In this document: piece by piece, positions 10,999 through 20,935 of the stretch
Position numbering within the stretch: position 1 is the first letter of the stretch
How the letters are laid out: every line of letters starts with the position of its first letter
Assembly (NCBI GenBank): GCA_963812015.1
Contig: CAWETI010000003.1
Location: 1,696,001 to 1,760,000 of the forward strand
DNA: 64,000 nucleotides
Origin: an uncultured delta proteobacterium
Lineage (GTDB): Bacteria > Desulfobacterota > Desulfobaccia > Desulfobaccales > 0-14-0-80-60-11
Direction of reading: 5' to 3'
Program-made: the position numbers and the translations under genes
The notes under the pieces: generated by a model
The model's input: the letters and a program-made list of their open reading frames with translations, nothing else
The model's database searches: none
Told to the model about the DNA's origin: nothing

Positions 10999-11122
10999 CT
11001 ATTTCAAAAACTTTTTTTTGCGCCAGTTTGTCATTCTGAGCGAAGCGAAGAATCTATTCTTTCCAATAACCTGGACCCTGCGCGGGCGCTTCGGGTGGCA
11101 CAATAAACCGGTTTTGAAAGAG
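10999..11122. mobile_element. MITE-like element (ends TATTTCAAAA ... TTTTGAAA; internal TGTCATTCTGAGCGAAGCGAAGAATCT)
   Basis: Inverted ends; a shorter copy of the same family lies at 46935-47001. Confidence 0.6.
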
Positions 11123-11260
11123 CTTCTTGGGTATCTATTTAAGGATGACAGGACCAGCCGTCAAGCCAGGCCGTCCGAGTGGGCAGATTTTGTCTGACTG
11201 AAAGGCGGCGGAGTCCAGGAACCAAGGCCCCGCCACCTCGACTAAGGTCAGTCAACCGGG

Positions 11261-11584
11261 CTAGCGCCGGGGCACGACTATCGGCGGCGGCGTCATATAA
11301 ATTTCTGGTGGAATCATGTAGCGTCGGTTGATGAGCTCATCATAAGTCAGATACCCTTTATTGCCGGTGTCGCACTTCTGGAAAACTTCCAAGGCCTGGT
11401 TTTTATCGGTGGCCCGGGCCATGAACGCCTCTTTGGTGATCTTGCCGTCATGGTTCGTGTCCAGGACCGCACACAGTTCCTGGTTATCCATCTGCGCCTT
11501 TTGCTCCTGGGTCGAAGCGCAACCGCTCATGACGAGAACGGCCAACCCCAACGCCAGTGCGACCCCACCTCCAATCATTTTCAT
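11261..11584 (-). CDS. EF-hand lipoprotein
   Basis: Start MKMIGG after GAGGAGG; lipobox VMSGC; two EF-hand loops, DTNHDGKITKEA and DTGNKGYLTYDE. Confidence 0.8.
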   Translation of the reverse strand: MKMIGGGVALALGLAVLVMSGCASTQEQKAQMDNQELCAVLDTNHDGKITKEAFMARATDKNQALEVFQKCDTGNKGYLTYDELINRRYMIPPEIYMTPPPIVVPRR

Positions 11585-12007
11585 CTGCGGCCTCCTCAAT
11601 CTCCTTCGGGAAGCCAGGGCTCCTGACAGAAACCTGAGCCCTGGCCGCCCCCCATATCTCAGCCGGTTGCTTGACACGCCGCCCCCGGCGCACCGATCCA
11701 AAATTGGGCCGGAGAGAGTCTTTCTGCCTGGATAATCGTTCAAGCAGCTTGATTATCTGAAGTATCCGGGCTTCTCATCCGCACGATAGCACAGAAATAC
11801 TGCCCCAAAAACTATTTTATGCTCTCCTCAAGGACTAGTCATTGCAGGCCCGGATCAGCCCGAGTTCCCGACTCAGACCCTGGCGCGGCTTGCGGCCCGG
11901 CAAGGAGAGCCCGATCCTGTGCGCTTGACAGGCAGGCGCCGGTGGGTAACAATGAGCTGACCGATGCAAATAAAAATCTTGTCGTGATAATCGGATAAGA
12001 GGTCAAG

Positions 12008-12982
12008 ATGATGGAACTGTTATTTCGCCCCCGGCGCTTGCGGCGGCGGGAGCCCCTGCGCCGCATGCTCCGGGAGACGCATCTGCGCCCCGAAGACTTC
12101 ATTTACCCCATGTTCGCCGCCCCGGGGAGCCGGGTGCGTCAGGAAGTGCCTTCCATGCCCGGCGTCTGCCGCCTGTCCCCGGACCTGCTGGTGGAGGAGG
12201 CTAAGGCCGCCCTGGACGTCGGGGTGCCGGCGGTCCTTCTCTTCGGGCTGCCCACCCGCAAGGACGACACCGGCTCCGAGGCCGCTTCCCCCAAGGGCGC
12301 GGTGCAGCAGGCGGTGCGCCAGCTCAAGAAAAAGGTCCCCGAACTGGTGGTAATCACCGACGTCTGCCTGTGCGGCTATACCTCCCACGGCCACTGCGGC
12401 CTGCTTGCCGGCCAGGAGGTGGACAATGACACCACCCTGGAGATTTTAGGGCAGGTGGCGGTATCCCACGCCGAGGCCGGGGCCGACATGGTGGCGCCCT
12501 CGGACATGATGGACGGCAGGGTAGGGGCCATCCGGGAGTCGCTGGATGAGCGTGGCTTTGAGATGGTGCCCATCATGTCCTATGCGGTGAAATACGCCTC
12601 CAGCTTCTACGGCCCCTTTCGGGATGCGGCGGAGTCCGCCCCGGCCTTCGGCGACCGCCGTTCCTACCAAATGGACCCGGCCAACGCCCGGGAGGCCTTG
12701 CGCGAAGCCGCCCTGGACGTGGAGGAGGGGGCCGACCTCCTCATGGTCAAGCCCGCCCTGCCATACCTGGACATCATTGCCCAGCTGGCCGCGGAGTTCG
12801 ATTTGCCCCTGGCCGCTTACCAGGTGAGCGGCGAGTACGCCATGATCAAGGCCGCGGCCGCCAACGGCTGGCTGGATGAAACCGCGGTGATGCTGGAGTC
12901 GCTCCTGTCCATCAAGCGGGCCGGGGCGGATTTGATTTTGACCTACTTTGCCAAACAGGCCGCGGCTTTGCTGGGGAAATAG
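12008..12982 (+). CDS. hemB: Porphobilinogen synthase (ALA dehydratase)
   Basis: [51 protein letters not shown]. Confidence 0.98.
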   Translation: MMELLFRPRRLRRREPLRRMLRETHLRPEDFIYPMFAAPGSRVRQEVPSMPGVCRLSPDLLVEEAKAALDVGVPAVLLFGLPTRKDDTGSEAASPKGAVQQAVRQLKKKVPELVVITDVCLCGYTSHGHCGLLAGQEVDNDTTLEILGQVAVSHAEAGADMVAPSDMMDGRVGAIRESLDERGFEMVPIMSYAVKYASSFYGPFRDAAESAPAFGDRRSYQMDPANAREALREAALDVEEGADLLMVKPALPYLDIIAQLAAEFDLPLAAYQVSGEYAMIKAAAANGWLDETAVMLESLLSIKRAGADLILTYFAKQAAALLGK

Positions 12983-12988
12983 AGTAAG

Positions 12989-14176
12989 GCGATTATCCCC
13001 TTGACAATGTAGTTTCTCTAGGAAATTCTACCCTCACGGAGAAAATTAGACAGCTAGTTTTCCCAGTGCGTGGGCAAGTATGGGAATTTTTAGACACCTC
13101 AAGGATAGATTGGTCACATGGAAAAGCATTCTATGGCGACCCATTCCGGCAATTTGGGTTGTTCTTTTTACGATCGTGGAGTTTTCTCACATCGTTCGTG
13201 AGGAATTGTCTCCCGAGGTACGGGAAAAATGGAGGATCGTTAATATGATCCCCTCCTGGCCTTGGTGGATATGGGTCATTATTTGTTTATCTGGCCTTGG
13301 TTTAATTACATTAGAGGGCGCGTATCGTTTGATTTGCCAGAAAGAAGAAGAGTTTAAAAACCAAATAGATATCATGAAATCTGAATTAGACCTGTTGCGC
13401 CAAGAACATAATAAAGAAGATTTTATATCATTGAAAGAAGCATGTGAGAATCTTAAGGAAGAGTTAGATAGAATATATGGATACTCCCTTGGTAGAACAC
13501 TCGAGTCATTGCGTCCTCATGAGCAATTGGTCTACCTTTCCAAATATTTTGTAGAAGTAGATGATATTTATGGAAAACGCTCATCTTCATCTTTTACTGA
13601 TTGGGAGAAGATTAGCAAAGATAAGTTGACCTTGGGCGAAATCAAAGTTGAAGGCGAATTGGTATTATATGGCGCAGGAAATTATGTCGGGAAAGAGCCA
13701 GATTATATTGATCTTGCTTTTAAAAAGAAGAACCTATCAGAAAATATTGAAAAAATAAGACGCTCTATATTTATTCCATTAAAAGAAGCAGTTCAACAAC
13801 TTTACATAGAATGTGAAAGGAGACCATTATGTAATAGCTTTCTTAAAGAACACATTATGAGTGAATTTACATCTCCCAATGATGTTTGGGATTATCTTGC
13901 AGAACTTTATTTTCAATGTACAAGTATTCCCATTTATGGGAAGGACACTTACTCTAATGAATTAAGGGAAATTGACAAAAGCTGTATTGGTAATATGTAT
14001 TTTGAGGACGAAGTGTCTTCCCTATATATTCTTATTGGCAAGAAACAGCAATATACCGAACTTTCTATTAGAAGGGATGAAGTCGAGAGAGCGATAAAGG
14101 AAATAATTGTGGCTGCCGAAGGAATATATCAGAGCAAATAGAATAGTTCAGTTCACATTGTCAAGCCTATAATCGC
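12989..14176. mobile_element. Inverted-repeat-bounded, non-autonomous element carrying one AT-rich gene
   Basis: Left end GCGATTATCCCCTTGACAATGT (12989-13010); right end reverse complement GCGATTATAGGCTTGACAATGT (14155-14176). 19/22 identical; the left end coincides with the GC-to-AT switch. Confidence 0.6.
13080..14141 (+). CDS. AT-rich hypothetical membrane protein (2 TM, coiled coil, tandem duplicated domain)
   Basis: 353-aa ORF, strongly AT-rich compared with its neighbours; two hydrophobic segments; internal repeat FISLKEA/FIPLKEA ... IYGK/IYGK. Confidence 0.8.
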   Translation: MGIFRHLKDRLVTWKSILWRPIPAIWVVLFTIVEFSHIVREELSPEVREKWRIVNMIPSWPWWIWVIICLSGLGLITLEGAYRLICQKEEEFKNQIDIMKSELDLLRQEHNKEDFISLKEACENLKEELDRIYGYSLGRTLESLRPHEQLVYLSKYFVEVDDIYGKRSSSSFTDWEKISKDKLTLGEIKVEGELVLYGAGNYVGKEPDYIDLAFKKKNLSENIEKIRRSIFIPLKEAVQQLYIECERRPLCNSFLKEHIMSEFTSPNDVWDYLAELYFQCTSIPIYGKDTYSNELREIDKSCIGNMYFEDEVSSLYILIGKKQQYTELSIRRDEVERAIKEIIVAAEGIYQSK

Positions 14177-14323
14177 TATAGCAATTATAGGAAATATAGG
14201 AAAGGTTTTTGAGGAGCGGAACAAGGCATGAACTTGATCTAATACTTCAGAAAGTTTGTAAGATATATTACATAACTTATTGTAATATAAGAGTATAATG
14301 CTGAGTAACCATAATCACACTTT

Positions 14324-15394
14324 ATGAACCATTCCGACCATAAATCTGCCTCACCGCCTCCCCTCCGCCTCCTGGCCTGGGAGACCACCCGGCGCTGCAA
14401 CCTGGCCTGTCTCCATTGCCGGGCCGCGGCGGGGTCCGGGCCTTATCCCGATGAGCTGACCACCGCCGAGGGCATGAAGCTCCTGGATGACCTCGCCACC
14501 ATGGGCCAGGTGGTGGTGATCCTCACCGGCGGCGAACCCCTCCTGAGGTCCGACATCTTTGACCTGGCGGCCCACGGCGCCGGCCTCGGCCACCGCATGG
14601 TCATGGCGGTGAACGGCACCCTGCTGACCCCGGCCATAGCCAGCCGCCTCAAAGACGTGGGCATCCAGCGGCTGTCCATCTCCATCGACGGCGCCACCGC
14701 GGCCTCCCACGACCGTCTCCGCGCCGTGGAGGGGGCCTACGACGGCGCCCTCGCCGGCATTGCCGCCTGCCGGGAGAGCGGGCTGCCCTTCCAGATCAAC
14801 ACCACCGTCACCCGGGCCAACCGGACCGAACTTCCGGCCATCCACGAGCTGGCCCTGAAACTTGACGCCGCCGCTCACCATGTCTTTATCTTGGTGCCCA
14901 CCGGGCGGGGGGAGCTCATCCGGGAGGAGCTGGTGTCCCCGGAGGAATACGAGGCGACCTTGCAGTGGTTACTGGCGCGCCAGCGGGACGGCAAGCTTTT
15001 CATCAAGCCCACCTGCGCCCCCCAATTCTACCGGCTGTGGCGCCAGGACGCCGCGGCCCGGGGCGAACCAATCACCCCGGCCACCCACGGCATGGAGGCC
15101 ATGACCAAGGGCTGCCTGGGCGGCCAGGGCTTCGCCTTTGTGTCCTACCGGGGGGAGGTGCAGCCCTGCGGCTACCTGGAATTGATGGCGGGCAACATCC
15201 GCCAGACCCCGTTCCCGGAAATCTGGGCCCATGCAGAACTGTTTCAGCGCCTGCGCCGGGTGGATGACTACCACGGCAAATGCCGCGCCTGCCAGTACCG
15301 CAAGGTCTGCGGCGGCTGCCGGGCCCGGGCTTATGCCATGACCAACGATGTGCTGGGGGACGACCCCATTTGCCCTTATGAGCCGGCGGGCTAA
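14324..15394 (+). CDS. ahbD: Radical SAM/SPASM heme b synthase (AhbD)
   Basis: AWETTRRCNLACLHCRA, KPTCAPQFYR, MTKGCLGG, SPASM CRACQYRKVCGGCRARA; located between hemB and ahbA. Confidence 0.88.
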   Translation: MNHSDHKSASPPPLRLLAWETTRRCNLACLHCRAAAGSGPYPDELTTAEGMKLLDDLATMGQVVVILTGGEPLLRSDIFDLAAHGAGLGHRMVMAVNGTLLTPAIASRLKDVGIQRLSISIDGATAASHDRLRAVEGAYDGALAGIAACRESGLPFQINTTVTRANRTELPAIHELALKLDAAAHHVFILVPTGRGELIREELVSPEEYEATLQWLLARQRDGKLFIKPTCAPQFYRLWRQDAAARGEPITPATHGMEAMTKGCLGGQGFAFVSYRGEVQPCGYLELMAGNIRQTPFPEIWAHAELFQRLRRVDDYHGKCRACQYRKVCGGCRARAYAMTNDVLGDDPICPYEPAG

Positions 15395-15439
15395 TATCTC
15401 CCGCCAAGACGCCAAGGCGTCAAGAGACCAGACTTTCTT

Positions 15440-15910
15440 ATGACAATACCGAAAACCGGCACGTTAGACGCTCTGGACCGGGCCATCTTGAACGAGATCC
15501 AGTCACATTTTCCCATTGAGTCCCGGCCGTATGCCGAAGTGGGGAAGAGGGTAGGGGCCACGGAAGAGGAGGTTTTGGCCCGGGTCGCGGCCATGGCCGA
15601 TGGCGGGGTCATCCGGCGCATCGGGGCCAACTTCACCTCCCGCAAGCTGGGCTATACCAGCACCCTCTGCGCCGCCCGGGTGGAACCGGAGTCGCTGGAA
15701 CGGTTCGTGGCCGTGGTCAACCGCTATCCCGGGGTCACCCACAACTACCTGAGGCGGCACCGTTACAACGTCTGGTTCACCCTCATCGCCGAGTCGGAGG
15801 AGCGTCTGGACCAGATCCTGGCGGAAATCTCCCGGGCCTCGGAAGTGACGGAAATCTTGAGCCTCCCGGCCCAGGAGGTCTTCAAGATCAAAGTGGACTT
15901 TCCTCTATAA
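15440..15910 (+). CDS. ahbA: Siroheme decarboxylase subunit alpha (Lrp/AsnC-like)
   Basis: ILNEIQSHFPIESRPY, GVIRRIG, STLCAARV, PGVTHNYLR, YNVWFT. Confidence 0.9.
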   Translation: MTIPKTGTLDALDRAILNEIQSHFPIESRPYAEVGKRVGATEEEVLARVAAMADGGVIRRIGANFTSRKLGYTSTLCAARVEPESLERFVAVVNRYPGVTHNYLRRHRYNVWFTLIAESEERLDQILAEISRASEVTEILSLPAQEVFKIKVDFPL

Positions 15911-16367
15911 CGGCCTGGCTTTCCCAGGGCACGCATAGCACCGGGCAGGGCAGCAGGCGCACCACCTTCTCGGCGGTTGAGCCGAAAAAGACTTCCTCAA
16001 TGGGCCCCCGGCCACTTCGGCCATAGCCTCCCATGACAATCAAATCCGCCGCCAGATCCCGGGCCATGACCGCGATCTCCTGGAAGGGAATGCCCACGGT
16101 CACCATGCTGGTGACTTCCAGGTCGTCGCGGCCGTACTGCTGGAGAAATTCATCCAGGTGCTTTTGGGCCTCCTCTCTGAACTCCGGCAGGAGGAGATCC
16201 GGCGCCACCTTCAGGTGCTCCGCCATCCGGGTCACCAGGGTCTTTTGGATGACGTGCAGGAGGATAAGCTTGGCCCCGAAACGCTGGGCCAGGTTTTTGG
16301 CCACCACGAAGGCGGCGCCGGCGCATTCGGAAAAGTCGGTGGCTACCAGAATGGCTTTGAAATCCAT
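15888..16367 (-). CDS. Universal stress protein (UspA family)
   Basis: ILVATDFS, DLIVMGGYGR, FFGSTAEKVVRLLPCPVLCV. Confidence 0.92.
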   Translation of the reverse strand: MDFKAILVATDFSECAGAAFVVAKNLAQRFGAKLILLHVIQKTLVTRMAEHLKVAPDLLLPEFREEAQKHLDEFLQQYGRDDLEVTSMVTVGIPFQEIAVMARDLAADLIVMGGYGRSGRGPIEEVFFGSTAEKVVRLLPCPVLCVPWESQAVIEESPL

Positions 16368-16440
16368 GGGGGCGCTCCTTCCTGAAGGTGGCCTTAACCC
16401 TGACAAAACGGGCCAGGCGATTGGCTATGAGCCCAGGGAG

Positions 16441-16989
16441 TTATTTCACTATCGACTTGAGCTTCTTAAACAGCGCCTCGGCATTATCAAAGGTCCCTTC
16501 TTCCGTCAGCAGCACCTGGCCGCTCTTATCCACCAGCACGGTAGTGGGGGTGCCGCTGATATTGAGGATCGTGCCGAGTTTCCAGTCGGGGTCGGGCACC
16601 AGGGCGTAGGGAATTTTATTGGCAGCCTTGAACTGCTTTAAGGCCGAGGCCTGATTGCTCTCTCCCACCGCGATAATTTTCACCTTGTCCTTAAGGCTTG
16701 AATTCGCCACCAACTCGTATAGCCGGTTCAAGGCGGGAACCTGTTCCACGCAGTGGGGGCAGGTGGTGCGCATGATTTCGATCAGGACATACGGAGCCTT
16801 GATATCCTGGAAGGCAAAGGCTCCCGACTTTTCCAGGCCCAGGTACTTCTGGTCCGCCTCTTCGATGGTACCGGAAAACTTGAGATGGGCAAGGCTCGCT
16901 CGCGGCGGGGCCGCCATCGACCAGGAAGCCCAAGCCAGCCAAATCGTCAGACAGCCTGCCAGGGCCAGGAGCGCAGGTTTTCGATGCAT
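16441..16989 (-). CDS. TlpA/redoxin-family thiol-disulfide oxidoreductase
   Basis: Signal peptide, CPHC motif, GTPTTVLVDKSG. Confidence 0.85.
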   Translation of the reverse strand: MHRKPALLALAGCLTIWLAWASWSMAAPPRASLAHLKFSGTIEEADQKYLGLEKSGAFAFQDIKAPYVLIEIMRTTCPHCVEQVPALNRLYELVANSSLKDKVKIIAVGESNQASALKQFKAANKIPYALVPDPDWKLGTILNISGTPTTVLVDKSGQVLLTEEGTFDNAEALFKKLKSIVK

Positions 16990-17074
16990 GGTGTCCCCTT
17001 GGGAGATATTTTAGCAATTGCGGCAGTTTTGCATAAGATAGTGTCGTTGAGGGGCGGCGTCAATCAGACGGGGC

Positions 17075-17111
17075 ACGGGTCAGACTGCCCGCTTTGGGAA
17101 GCCTGACCCGT
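17075..17111. terminator. Strong hairpin between the tandem TlpA genes
   Basis: ACGGGTCAG...CTGACCCGT inverted repeat just downstream of the 17123 stop; no clear U-tract. Confidence 0.45.
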
Positions 17112-17122
17112 TAACAGAGAGG

Positions 17123-17689
17123 CTATTTAACGATTTGTTTGATCTGTTGGAAGACTTCATCGGCACTTTCGAAGGTCCCGATGTGGACGAAGAGGACCTT
17201 GCCGGTTTTATCCAGGACTACGGTGACCGGGTAAGGGGTGAAATTCAAGGCCTTGCCGAAGCTGTTGTTGGGATCGGGCACCAGGGCGAAGCCCACCTTG
17301 TTAAAGGCCTTCCACATCTTCAACTGGGTCTCTTCATTCCCCTGACCGGCGCCGATGAATTTCAGCTTGTCTTTCAGTTGGGCATCATTTTGCACCAGGT
17401 CGAACAGCTTGTTCATCACGGGAGCCTGAGCTATGCAATGGGGACAGGCGGTGTTGAACTGCTCCACCAGCACGTAGGGCGCTTTGACGTCTTTCAGGGT
17501 GAACGGCCCCGGTTTGGCCAGCCCCAGATACGTGGACTCCTCCGGCGCGATGGTCGCGGCGAATTTAGCATTCCCTACCGTTTGACCGACCTTGGGTTCC
17601 GTCTCGGTTGCTCCCGCCAAAGACACGGCGCCGAAGCAAAAGAGCAGTGCCAGACAGCAACTCAGGACCAGAACTTTATTCCTCATCAT
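17123..17689 (-). CDS. TlpA/redoxin-family thiol-disulfide oxidoreductase (paralog)
   Basis: Signal peptide, CPHC, YPVTVVLDKTG; visibly similar to 16441-16989 (YLGL.K.G.F...D.KAPYVL.E). Confidence 0.85.
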   Translation of the reverse strand: MMRNKVLVLSCCLALLFCFGAVSLAGATETEPKVGQTVGNAKFAATIAPEESTYLGLAKPGPFTLKDVKAPYVLVEQFNTACPHCIAQAPVMNKLFDLVQNDAQLKDKLKFIGAGQGNEETQLKMWKAFNKVGFALVPDPNNSFGKALNFTPYPVTVVLDKTGKVLFVHIGTFESADEVFQQIKQIVK

Positions 17690-17880
17690 TAAAGTGCCCC
17701 CTTCTTGGTTTTTTGCTGAATGATAAATCAACGACAACCAAAGGGCAAACGAAAATCGCGCCTGCCAGGCTTTTCCATTACGCTTTTTTTAAAGTAAAGT
17801 CATCAATCTGGAGGCCCCGACGCCATTTACGGGGCACGGCCTGGCCGTGGGAAGGCCAGGAGGACGGCGGCCGGCGCAGT

Positions 17881-20778
17881 TCAGGTGAAGAAGCGCTCTT
17901 CCCGCCAATCCACCGGCACCCGCACCAGGGTGCCTTGGCGGTGCTGATAGACCAGGTAGCCGTGGCGCACCCCAAACTCAAAGAGGCGATGGGTGAGGAG
18001 CACGTCCTGGCGGCAGTAGGACTCCAATTCCTCCCACTGACCCGCGGCATAGAGTTCCAGGGCCAAAAGACCATCCCCGGTCTTTTTCTCCCCCAAAGTC
18101 TTTTCCGCCAGGTGATTGAGGGAAAGGCGATGCCCCAGGAGGCTATGGATTTCCTCCAATATATCCAGGGTGGGCAGCTCTGCCAACGGAACGGTGGTAT
18201 AAGGCTGCAAGACCTGGTAGTCGAAGCGTTTGATATTGAAGCCCACTATCAGATCCAACTTCTTTAAGCGCTCCCCGAGGCGCTTCAAATCGTGCTCCCG
18301 ATAGGTGGTGGCGACCCCCGTATGGCTCTCGTGGACCACCACCAGGGACACCCCCATGCGGTGGCACTGTCCCCAGCCGCCCACGTCTGCCGCGGAACAA
18401 CAGGTCTCCAGGTCCAGAACCCCGATCTTCCGGTTCCGGAACCAGGAAATTTCCGTATCCGACTCAGGTACCGGTGTTGCGGCCGCCGCCGGCGCCTCCA
18501 CGATCTGGATTGCCTCTGGCGGTTCCGCCTCCTCCACTCCCAACAGCAGTCCGGCGATACGGAGCGTGGCCTCCTTGTCCAGGGGTTTGTTGCCGGAGCC
18601 GCACTTGGGCGAATGGATGCACGAGGGACAGCCGTCCTCGCAGGGGCAGGCCTCGGTGAGGGACAGGGCCCGCCGCACCAAATCCTCCAGGATTTCGTAA
18701 GCCCGAACCGACAGGCCCACGCCCCCGGGATAGCCGTCATAGATGAAGATGGCCGCCCGGCCCACCTGGGGATGGGCCGGGTGGGAGATGCCGCCGATGT
18801 CGTAGCGGTCCGCCAGGGCAAAGAGGGGAAACATGCTAATCAGGACATGCTCCAGGGCGTGGATGCCTCCCATGAAGTGGCGGCCCTCGGCGTAAACCGC
18901 GTTTTTCACCGCATCCGGGATTTCCAGCCACATGCCCACGGTTTCGAAGATCTGGGGGGGCAGCTCCAGGGAGACCTGGCCCAGGAGCTCCTGGCCCGGC
19001 AGCCGCCGTTTTTCATAGCTCAACAGGTGCTCGGTGACCTTGAGCCGACCGATGTGGGCCGTAAACCTGGCCACCTGCCGGGTTTCCAGCACCTCCAGGA
19101 TCTCTGTCTCTTTGTCCGTCTGGATGCGGGTGAAATAGTTGGGCTCCATGGGGTTGACCCAGACGTTGCGCCGGGCCAGGTCCAGCTTTTCCACCACCCA
19201 GGTCTGGGCCTTGTGGAGATAAACTGCCCCGGGATGACATTCCCTCAGAGCCCGGTGGCCGTCAATGGACCCCAAGGGCCGCTTCTTGCCGGTCTGGAAG
19301 ATGGCGAAACTCTCCCCGATACCCCGGATATTCACTTCTTTCTGGGGGAACCGGGCCCGGGCGAACCAGGCGTCCCCCGCCGCGGAATGGAGCAGGTGGC
19401 GCTCCCGGGCCAGTTCCTCCATCACCGGCGCATGCGCCTTCAGGTCGAAGTAAGTCTCGCCCTTGACCTTGAGGGGCAGTTCCTGAGCCGCGCAGGGCAG
19501 GTGGGCCTTGACCACGAAGCGGTTGTCCGGGTCCACCACCGCGGTCTCCATGGGACGCCCGAAGAATTCCTCCGGGTACTTGATGAAGTACTGGTCCAGG
19601 GCGTCGGCCTGGGCCACCATCACGATGAGGGCGTCCCGCCCCTGGCGTCCCACCCGCCCGGCCCGCTGCCAGGTGGTCACCATGGTGCCGGGATAACCCA
19701 CCAGGATACAGACGTCCAGCCCGCCGATGTCGATGCCCATTTCCAGGGCGCTGGTTGAGATCACCCCCCGCATCTTGCCGCTGGCTAGGGCGCGCTCGAT
19801 TTCCCGGCGCTCCTGCGGTAAAAACCCGGCCCGGTAGGAGCTGATGAAGGGGCGCATCTCCGGCGCCAGGCGTTGGGACCAGACATGGATCAGTTCGGTG
19901 AGCTTCCGGGCCTGGGTAAAGCAGATGGCGTTGAGCCCCTTCCGGATGGCCTTGGCGAAGATCTGGGCCGCGGTGACCGGGGCGCCCCCCGGGGGATTGA
20001 TGAACAGGAAATGCCGCCCGGACTGGGGCGCGCCGCTCTCCGTAATGATTTCCACATCGAGGCCGGTGAGCATCTTGACGAAAATATCCGGCTTGGCGAT
20101 GGTGGCCGAAGAGAGCAAAAACTGCGGGTGCGAGCCGTAGTGGGCACAAATCCGCTGCAAACGCCTGATCACCTGGGCCATGTGGCTGCCCATGATGCCC
20201 CGGTAGGTGTGGACTTCGTCGATGACCACGAACTTGAGGTGGGCAAAGAAGCCGGACCAGGAGGCATGATAGGGCATCAGGCCCATGTGGAGCATGTCCG
20301 GGTTGCTGATGAGCACATGGGGCGGCTTGGCCTTGATGCCCTGGCGCTGGGCCGGTGGCGTATCGCCGTCATAGATGGCGGCGGTGAGAAAAGGGTAGGG
20401 GAGGGCCGCGTCCAACTCCTGGAGGCCCTTGAGTTGGTCCTGCTCCAACGCCTTCAAGGGAAACAGATACAGGGCATGCCCCCGGGGATCTTGGAAGAGA
20501 GATTCCAACACCGGCAAATTATAAATGAGGGTCTTGCCGCTGGCCGTGGGGGTGGCCACCAGCAGGTGCTTGCCCGCCCTGATGTGGTCCAGGGCCTCCC
20601 CCTGGTGAGAATAGAGGCGGGGAATCCCCAGGCGTTCCAACCCCGCGATCACCGGCGGCGACAGCCCCGCATCCCCGGCCACATACTCCACCTCCTTGGC
20701 CGGCAAATAATGGTAGTGCGCCAGAATTTCCCGCGTATCGGCGGATTCTTTCAGTTGATTGATGAAATCTAGAAGCAT
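17881..20778 (-). CDS. DEAD/DEAH-box helicase with DUF1998 Zn domain, fused to an RNase H-like exonuclease (YprA/MrfA plus YprB/MrfB-like)
   Basis: TPTASGKT, DEVH, SAT, QRAGRVGR; DUF1998 IYDGYPGGVG...CPCEDGCPSCIHSPKC; C-terminal VLDLET, GFNIKRFD, YCRQDV (DEDD-type nuclease). Confidence 0.9.
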   Translation of the reverse strand: MLLDFINQLKESADTREILAHYHYLPAKEVEYVAGDAGLSPPVIAGLERLGIPRLYSHQGEALDHIRAGKHLLVATPTASGKTLIYNLPVLESLFQDPRGHALYLFPLKALEQDQLKGLQELDAALPYPFLTAAIYDGDTPPAQRQGIKAKPPHVLISNPDMLHMGLMPYHASWSGFFAHLKFVVIDEVHTYRGIMGSHMAQVIRRLQRICAHYGSHPQFLLSSATIAKPDIFVKMLTGLDVEIITESGAPQSGRHFLFINPPGGAPVTAAQIFAKAIRKGLNAICFTQARKLTELIHVWSQRLAPEMRPFISSYRAGFLPQERREIERALASGKMRGVISTSALEMGIDIGGLDVCILVGYPGTMVTTWQRAGRVGRQGRDALIVMVAQADALDQYFIKYPEEFFGRPMETAVVDPDNRFVVKAHLPCAAQELPLKVKGETYFDLKAHAPVMEELARERHLLHSAAGDAWFARARFPQKEVNIRGIGESFAIFQTGKKRPLGSIDGHRALRECHPGAVYLHKAQTWVVEKLDLARRNVWVNPMEPNYFTRIQTDKETEILEVLETRQVARFTAHIGRLKVTEHLLSYEKRRLPGQELLGQVSLELPPQIFETVGMWLEIPDAVKNAVYAEGRHFMGGIHALEHVLISMFPLFALADRYDIGGISHPAHPQVGRAAIFIYDGYPGGVGLSVRAYEILEDLVRRALSLTEACPCEDGCPSCIHSPKCGSGNKPLDKEATLRIAGLLLGVEEAEPPEAIQIVEAPAAAATPVPESDTEISWFRNRKIGVLDLETCCSAADVGGWGQCHRMGVSLVVVHESHTGVATTYREHDLKRLGERLKKLDLIVGFNIKRFDYQVLQPYTTVPLAELPTLDILEEIHSLLGHRLSLNHLAEKTLGEKKTGDGLLALELYAAGQWEELESYCRQDVLLTHRLFEFGVRHGYLVYQHRQGTLVRVPVDWREERFFT

Positions 20779-20834
20779 GTTAAATGACGGTTTTCTGTTT
20801 TCGGTTTCCGGTTGTGAGTTACAAGGGAAAAAAT

Positions 20835-20922
20835 GTAGCCGCAGGCTTTAGCCTGCACCGCATATGCGCAATTATAGTGCGTGCCGTGCACGCCGAATTA
20901 TGGCAGCCACGAGCCGCCCTAT
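20835..20922. repeat. Cluster of GTAG-type REP palindromes
   Basis: GTAGCCGCAGGCTTTAGCCTGC (20835-20856) is identical to 34827-34848; followed by degenerate REP-like motifs. Confidence 0.7.
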
Positions 20923-20935
20923 AAGTTTTTTCACA

